The position numbers and the translations under genes were made by a program. Below, in pieces: positions 41,801 to 50,800 of a stretch of 64,000 nucleotides of DNA (its first letter is position 1; the number at the start of each line of letters is the position of its first letter). This DNA comes from Nageia nagi (lineage: Eukaryota; Plantae; Pinophyta): assembly GCA_050084985.1 (NCBI GenBank), contig JBITNC010000002.1, forward strand, positions 34,038,001 through 34,102,000. Reading direction: 5' to 3'. Below the pieces are notes generated by a model. That model saw nothing but the letters and a program-made list of their open reading frames with translations. It was not told where the DNA came from and made no database searches.

Positions 41801-44800
41801 AAGTAACTGGATTAGGTCATTGGCACCAAAATAAAACATGTGGATACAAATCACTGTCTAAAGCCAAAGGTGTACCCTCAAATACAAGACAACAAGACTA
41901 AAAATAACTAAGCTAAAGCATGATCCAAAAAATGTTTCCAGTACGATGTGAGAATCATTGATAAAAATAGCACAAATGTTGTAAGACGAGTCTAAACGAT
42001 ACTGGCATGTTGAGTGGTAGAATACCTGCAGTAAACATCAATCATTTCAAAGAAGCAAATTCAAGACCTGATAATGCTTATGGCAGGGTGGCCAGGGCTG
42101 AGTGTGCCTGATCAGACTATCCTAGGATGGTATGTAGAGCGGCATCATGAGATTCTCCTAAAATCCAAGGCCAATGAGACTATAAAAGGGAGTCTGTTGA
42201 TGTGTGTCCTTCAGCAACAAACCTTCTAGTAATAAGCCCTATGGAATGTCTCATAAATGCCTTTGAAGACATTTGTTTCAGAAATCACTATAAAGAAATT
42301 AACGAAATTAGCTGTTTTCTATCTTATAAGGAGCTTACCATGGGACCAAGGGACTTGCACTAGGGAGAATATGAATGCTTTTTTAACTCAATCAGGAGGA
42401 ACCGAAGAAATACAAAAGTATAAAAATAATTACACCCTTTTATATATTACGCTGTAGGCATACTGTTGGCGATTGAGAGGCACAAATTTGAATCGACCAT
42501 TGTCAGTCGCTGCTAGACCATAACCGACGATGGAATTAATTTAAACCGTTGATTTCCTTGTTCAACTTGTCTGTTGTGGTGAGGTGGCAAATACAGTTGG
42601 AATTGGAAAAGTAAGGCGACTACTAAGGAGGTTGGTTATGTGGCAAACACGTAAGGAGGTTTGTTACGCTGTATTTGCCCCAATTCCAATGAAGAAGATA
42701 GGAAAAACAAATGAGGAGTAACATCTAGTAACACAGCAACATCACAACAAGGTTTTCCCTATATCATTTTAATGTCTACTTTCTGCAAATTCTACTTTGT
42801 GGAAAACTGATATCACTGTTAGAAAAGTTTACAGTCAATCATTTCAATATGCTTACTCATTTTCCAGTAATAAAAAAAAATCTCAAAATTAATTCTACAA
42901 TTCAAAACCATACATTTTAGAATGAGAACTACTCATGTGAAAAACTTGTGTGTCCTTATCTTCATTATCATGAAATATGCTCTCAGAAAGGGCTTATGAA
43001 AGCACTACAAACAGTCAAATGAGAAAGAGAACAACAACTTTAATAGGCCTTGCATGATATCATGCCATCCACGACACTTACAAATCCTCAAGCAGCTTCT
43101 AAATGGAGAATACAGAATATTATTCAAAATCCACACCTTGTAGCAATGTACATGCATCGCAGATGTACAACATTCCTTGGAACTGTGCTGGTTAAACTCT
43201 TTAACGCTACCGACTATTGGTAGAGGTATGCACTGATCACACTTTTTCAATCATGATTTTTTTTTGTTTGACTTTTACCTAATAATATCTTCTTTTAGGT
43301 ATGAATGGCAACACAGAGGTTTTGCCCATATTCTCGGCTTCCTTTGGCTAAAAGATATACCCAACATTTTCAAGCTAGAATGGAATAATGGTCAATTAGT
43401 TCAAAATGCAATCAATTACCTGGATAACTATATATAGGGTTGGAACCATCAAACGAATCCCCCACTAGAACATACATTTCCTCGATTTGGTGTTTATGAT
43501 CCTTATTTGCTAAACATAGAACTAATTATGTTAACCAACCCATCCGTTGATTATAAAGAACTTGTTAATTACGTACAACGCCATACAAAGTGTTCATTGC
43601 AAACATGTTTATGCAAAGCAGGATCATCTATTGAATGTCATTACAAAGCCCCTTAGAACTTGCAAGAGACCTCAACCCTTGAAATAGATGAAAATGGTCA
43701 GCCCAAACAAACTCTTGCTTGTAATGATGACCAATTGAATCTTCATGACCCTACTATTCTTTCTATTTGGAGAGCCAACATAGATTTTAAGGTTGTTATA
43801 TCAATCAATGCAGTCCTCAAGTACGTTGCAAAGTATGCAACAAAAGCTGAAACCAAATTTGAAACTTGTCATGCAATGCTTTCTCGTATTTCTACAAATT
43901 ATGAACCAGTAAGATCAGTTGCAGATGCATTTCGAAAAATGCTCATCAACAACATTATCGAATGTGATATCTCTGCCCAAGAAACATACCACCTTCTACT
44001 AAAACTACCATTGTTAGTATGCAACCGAACATTCTTTTCTTTAAATGTAAACCAAAAAAACCTTGAACGTATCACTCTCGAACACTTCTCCTTCATCTTC
44101 CACAACCTTCATTGATGCCTATATGGCCCGGCCTGCATTTATACACACAATGTCACTTATTGAAGTAGCTAGAAGTTGAACATTTAGACCATCTTCCAAA
44201 TCTGCACTATGGAAACAACTTTCTAAGGTTGCAATTATCAGAGTCTCACCAAGGTTTACAACCATCCCCTCAAAGGATGAAAGCTGTTATTATGTTTTTT
44301 GTTTGATAGAGTTGCTTCTATACCATCCAATCCATAACATTCAAGATGATTTTGGAACTAACAAGGATGAAATTATAGCACAATGTGAGAGATTTCAGAA
44401 TCATTACACTCCATGGCATGTACACTGCACATCACCAGAACCAGTCGAATGGGGTATTGCCGACTCACCATCCCCACAGCAAATGGACTTCCACCAACAT
44501 AAATAGATCGAGTGACAAGTGTTGTCCTCTATACACTCAAGCCATACTATGCAGTTGGATGAGTTTGACATGCTCAATCAACGAGACCTGGATCTTGACT
44601 TCGATTGGGGAAGATCTCTATTGACTCCACAATAGCAAAATACAAGTTGTTTTATCAATTATAATCACCATATATTTCAAATTCCACCATTTCCCATCAT
44701 AAATTCCTTTGATGGGTTATCTAGTGAACAAAAAAGGGTTTTTGATATTGTGCAATCACATCTTCCTGAAGCTCCCTTTCAACCACCTCTCAGAATGATC

Positions 44801-47800
44801 GTTCAAGGAAATGCACGTACAGGAAAATCTCACTAATCAAATGCATCACATCTTTACTTTGCAATTTGGGTCCAAATGGACAATCCACATTGCTACTTCT
44901 CGCACCAACAGGTGTGGTAGCATTCAACATAGGTGCTTCAACAATTCAATCCACACTTTGATTGCCAATAAAAAAAATGGTCCCTCTCATCGGAAAATCA
45001 CCTGTAAGATTTCAAGAAAAAATGTACTCCATACGATACATTATAATAGACGAGATGAGTTTCATCGGTCCTGAACTCGTACAATTCATAGACATTAGGT
45101 TGCATGAAGCATTTCCAAGTAATAATCACTTTCCTTTTGGAGTGTATCAATAATACTATTCGGTGATTGGCCCAACTACCACCCGTGAAGGACATCCCCA
45201 TGTACGCTTCATCCTTGTATGGTGGTACAATTGTGGCGCACTTTCAAAACAATTGTGACATTGACTAGAATATTCTGTCAAATTGGTAAGGATCTTGCAC
45301 AAATCTATTTTCGTATTTTCATAACCTATTGACAAATCTCCGAAATGTAGAACCAACATTTGAAGATTGGGAAGCACTAATGTCATGTTCATACTCAAGA
45401 TTGATAGTTATGGAGCAATCTACTTTTTTCTCTTCAATGCATCTTTTTGCAACAAATGAAATGGTTTCCAATCATAATAAATGTATGTTGTAGTCCTTGG
45501 CAAGACCTGTTGCTATATCAATAGAAAACAATTACAAGAATCAGGTATTTCAAATGCAGATGAAGAACAACTCCAACAACAACTATTGTTATATATTGAC
45601 CAACAAGTTATGTTATGTTCAAATTTGTGGATGGAAGTAGGACTTGTTAATGGTGCACTTGGAAAAGTCAAATCAATCATTGACAGGGACAATGAAAAGC
45701 CACCTCTAGCTTCCCTTGTTTGTTGATGTTGAATTCAAACATTACATTGATTCAACATGAGATCACAACAACCCAAAATATGTTCCTATAATCCCCTTAA
45801 GCTATGGTCAATGTCAACAAATCCCACTTAAAATGGCATGGGCGCTGACAATACACAAATCACAAATACTTACACTTGAAAGGGCAACTATTGATATTGG
45901 CAACATTGATCGTTAAGGACTAACATTCACATCTATATCCAGAATACATATTAGCTTGTCTTTGCATACAACCATCTTTCCCCTTCGAAAGATTGCAAAG
46001 AATGCAATTTGGTGTACATGTATGTCGTCGAAAAAAAGAAGAGCAACATTTGTTGTCACTTTCCAATCATACTACATGACAACATCAAAAACATACCAAA
46101 TCTCTCCAGGTTCGCTATAAACCTGCTTTTTATACTTATATAAACCTCGTAACCTTACAAACATGAAATTGTTTTTTGATCACATTAACATTATTGGATA
46201 AATATGACTTTTTCCTTCCTAGATATTGTCACAACATAACAATTTCTTTCAATTTTTATAATATTACATTTCACAAATGCAAAATTTGACATTCCTATAT
46301 CTCATTTCTAGGTATCTAAAAACATGGAAAACCAAAAAAAATTCTTCTAACTTGTTTATGGATGAATTTCGCAGAACTACATATGCGAATTGACAAACCA
46401 ACTTTAACTATATATTGTTACGAAAAAACAATTACAAACCTATGTGAAGATGGAGTAACAGAAAAACTATTCATAGCATACACAGAGTTTGAGGATGAAT
46501 AAAAGAGAAACGGTGGATTCTCCTCACATCACCTACTTCCAAGATCACATTTTAGTTTCTATACATTTTTTGGATTATATATTCAAAGTTTTGTGGTTTA
46601 CATAATGAAAAATATTTTAATTTAATAAATCTTACTCATTTCTTTTTCATATTTAAAAAAAAAATCATTTCCAATAATCTCTAATATACTTATAAATTTT
46701 TGTAGGTGACCTTTGCAGCAACAAATACTTATCTTTCTATTACATGCTCCTTTTCATTTCTTCAAATGTAAATGTATTACATCATTCGGAACAAACTATT
46801 TTTTATTATCTACTTCCTTTCTATTTACTTACATTTCGCATTATGTACATAACAAGATTTATTGCAATGTAATTTGCCATTTTTATTTTCATTTCACGAA
46901 CAAAATTTTTTTTCATATGTCCATTACTAACTAAATTAATAATAAAAGGTGAACAACAACAAAAATTGTTATTTTGATGAGTTTAATTCTATTTAAAAAT
47001 ATAAATTTCAAATTTTGTGGAATGCTCAACTTATTTCCAACGTTTACATTTGACAAAAAAAAATGATTTCTCACACAATCATTATATATAATCTATAGCA
47101 AACAAACCAAATATTTTTCTACCGGTACCCATTGCACTTGGTTGCAATAGCTAGATGTAAATCTATTTCATGGATTTAAATGATTGCTCTTTTTACAACC
47201 ATAGAACTGATAAGATGTGTTTAGTTGAAGTAGAAGAGAGTTCTGATAATCTATTTCCCACAAATGTGCTTGGTTCAATTTCATGACCAAACATCCCATC
47301 TAGATTTTATGGGATATAATGTTCCATATCTCAGACAAAGGAGCTGAAATGGAAAGATGCCTTTCATGAATTGTTATGCCCTGCCATCATTTTCATAGTG
47401 CTTTCAGTTTGCTATTAGATATTTGGGGTTTGAGGTGAACTGTTTAGTCTATTTGTATTTCAGACCTTAAGTGCAAGATTCCTGATGTTCATATGCAGTT
47501 TGTGAAGCAGTTTCATTCCTTCATGTGCAATGTCAAAAGAGTGGAGATGCAAATACTGGCAATGGAAAACAGGCTTCAAAGCCTGAGAGTGAACCAATTT
47601 TTCCAAGGGAAATTTTTACAAAATTTATCCTTGTAATGTGAATAAAAACTATAACAGACTTCATCACTCTAAAACAATGTATAATTTCCATAATGACATC
47701 TATTATTTTAAATACGTCTAGTAATACTCTCTATATGTCCCCAAGTGGACAATACATTGGTCAATGCTTTGATTGATCTCTGGGAGGTCTCAGGTCCAAA

Positions 47801-50800
47801 TCTCAATGGTTGTTCCATTGTCTACAGTCATGCTACTGTCCAAAAGTTGCCACGTGGATAGTGGAGAATTTAAAAGATATTTACCCTACTGGCGGCCCTG
47901 AGGGGGTTCCTAGAACAATTTGCCGCATGATCTCATAAAAAAAGAAAACTCTATATATCAATTCAAAGTTTGGCCAACTCATTGGCAGTGATATCTTCAT
48001 AGGATCAGAATTTTGACAGTCCAACAGATAGTTTTTCTCTTGTCAGGAGATTAAATTCTTTTGGAGGTATAAATGTAGAGACCTTAGGGACCAGGGTCAA
48101 ATTAAATAAGGATAAGTTAGTGAAATAAAATCATAATAGATTTTCAAGGGTTGTGATAAAGGGGCATAATCTTTTTCACATATATAAACAACTTTACATG
48201 TTTCACTGTTATCATCAAGATCAGAATTAGAAAGACAATTTATCTTGTGTCTAATTCCTAACATCATGTATGTCCATGTATATGTTTTATGTTATTATTT
48301 TGTAGCTTTTAACTTTTAATAAACCAAAAAAAATTCGATTTTAAATAAAGTGCAACATATTTTTTTGCATTAAATATGAAAATACTTAATATTTAATCAA
48401 AATACATAGCAAATATTTCATTTAAAAACATATCAAATAAATTATTGGTTTTCATCTACAGAAATTTTTAATAATTTTTCAGATGAATCATTCAATTTAT
48501 AATGTAATCAAAATAAGTTTAATTTTGACATCGAAAACAAAATAATTCCATGGCAGAGTGATTATTTACTGTTACAGAGGTTGAAATTTTATAACAAAAA
48601 ATATAATATTATTTTGTACATACATAATACTGCATGCACTTACATGCATAGATGTTTAACTCTTTTGACTTCCTAAAATAATTCATGACTGACCGAGCTT
48701 CTGTTTTTTGCTCTTTGTTTGCTTCTTACTCCACCCTGGCATCCATTCACAGATTCCCCGCCCCACCCTTCACCCTCTGCTATGATGGAATAAATTCCAT
48801 GGCAAAACTCAATTCAGGACAGACTCCACCTAGCTAGTCGAGTCTCTTCAACTTCAAACAAGTCAAGGTCATTATTGATGTCCCTCTCAATACTGAATAT
48901 GCTTCAGATGATGAAATTGCACATCTTTTCATCCCAGATGAGCTAATCAATTTTGAAAAGCAATGTCACAAAAGCTCCCTTATCGCTAAATTTACAAGCA
49001 CACGATCAAACTTATATCAGATTCGAACTTGGACAAGTTTGAAATGGAAAATAAAAGAAACTCTCAACATCACTGTATTACCAAAAGACTTCTTACTCTT
49101 CAAATTCACGTTTGTATTCGATATGGAAGAAGTACTTCAGCGAGGCCCTTGGTTCTTCAACAAAAAAGGATTGTACCTAAGAAAATGGTACAAAGTATCT
49201 TGTCCTAAAAAAAAAGAATATAACCACCATCCTAATATGGATTCAACTCCCCAAACTCCAATCGACTTTTGGAATGTCAAAATAATTGTTGGAATCGCTA
49301 AATCCATAGTAAACTTAACAGCAATCAATTCTACCATAGTAAACAAGTCTCGCTTATTAGTTGCCCGTTTCCATGTAAATGGGAATCTCACCAAAGACCT
49401 CCTGAGGAAGATCATCCTAGAATCATATGTGGGAGCATGGGAGCAGAAGATCAACTATAAACACCTAATCTCCAAATGCTCAATTTGTAAAATTGTTACA
49501 CATAGAACCAGGAATTGCTCAGATAAGCCAAAACGATCCACCACCCAAAAGAAATCCAACAAGAAACAAAAATAACATGCAACGAAGACATGACCAGCAA
49601 GAAGATAAAAGCCAAAATCCTCACCAAAATAGGCATATAATATGCAACGAAGACATGACCAGCAAGGAGATAAAAGCAAAAATCCTCCTCACCAAAATAG
49701 GCATAGGCAAAGCAGCCTAGATAAAACATCCAAACTGGAAACAAAAAATTTATACAACTCTAACTGGAAGATGAAGAAAACAATACTTAAAAAATAATGA
49801 AGAATGTAATCAAGTACAAAATAACACCATTAGTTCCAACGACCCCCTATGGCTACTCCAACACCACACCTACCATGTCCACCAACCCTACTCCCACCCC
49901 AACCCCCTCAATCAAACCCCCTACCAACTGATCCAAACCCCACAAATTCAAGAGATCAAGCCCGCTCAATTTGAACCACAAGAAGCACTTGAAAAACAAC
50001 AAATGTGAGAAAAGGATTGATCGGTAGACCATCAGAACATGAGGTGAGGCATTGAAAAATAGCCAAACAGATTGCGAATGGAATGTAGAACATATTGGAT
50101 CAAAATGGGGGTTTCTTAACCTCACGATCCAATAAATGATAAATATCTCACTGAATCAATAAATGATAAATATCTCACTTAATCAGAAGGGACTCGCCCC
50201 CTCCTTAGGCAACATTGGCAAGACTTACTCCTTTTGTCCTTCTTTTGTGACACAAATCTCCAAATCAATTTTATTAATCAACCCATGCGGACTACTCATA
50301 TCTCCACAATGGCAGTTGACTCAATCCAATGCTCGCATACTACAATAATTTTATTAATCATAACTCCCCAAGCATGACCATCAAAAAATTGCATGGCCAA
50401 CTCATTACCATTGTTCCTCCTTTCGTGCCTTGGTACTGCCAACACATGCAAAGAGTGACACATGACATCACTTCAAATGTCAACGACTATTAACTTATTT
50501 TTATTTCTACTTGGCTTGTCTTTTCAAGCGCTCCCATACCTCTCCCCATCACTTTCTCGAAAATCTCTGTGACATACTCTCTCTGCAACCAGCGAGATGG
50601 AGCCAAATGCTCTAGAGGAATTTCAGAATGACTCAGCAGTCTGGATGGTACACAAGTCAGGAGGTAGCTCTGAAATCATGCGACAATGTTTCGACGCCAT
50701 CCCAGTGGCTACCCGGGCAATTGCTAAAACATGGAAAGATGGAAAAGTTGAAGTTGGGAAGACAAAATTCGAAAACTCGATGGAGTCAATAGCAGAAGCA

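Larger units (their letters stand above)
42435..47154 (+). mobile_element. Helitron B with degenerate Rep-PIF1 helicase, in AKR intron 2
   Basis: Rep and helicase motifs at 43298-46079; 3' hairpin ATTGCActtggtTGCAAT followed by CTAG (47131-47154); 5' end similar to Helitron A; 5' boundary approximate. Confidence 0.9.

Noticed and set aside
43298-46079. Host PIF1 helicase gene nested in the AKR intron
   Set aside because: Fused to HUH Rep motifs, riddled with stops and bounded by Helitron termini.
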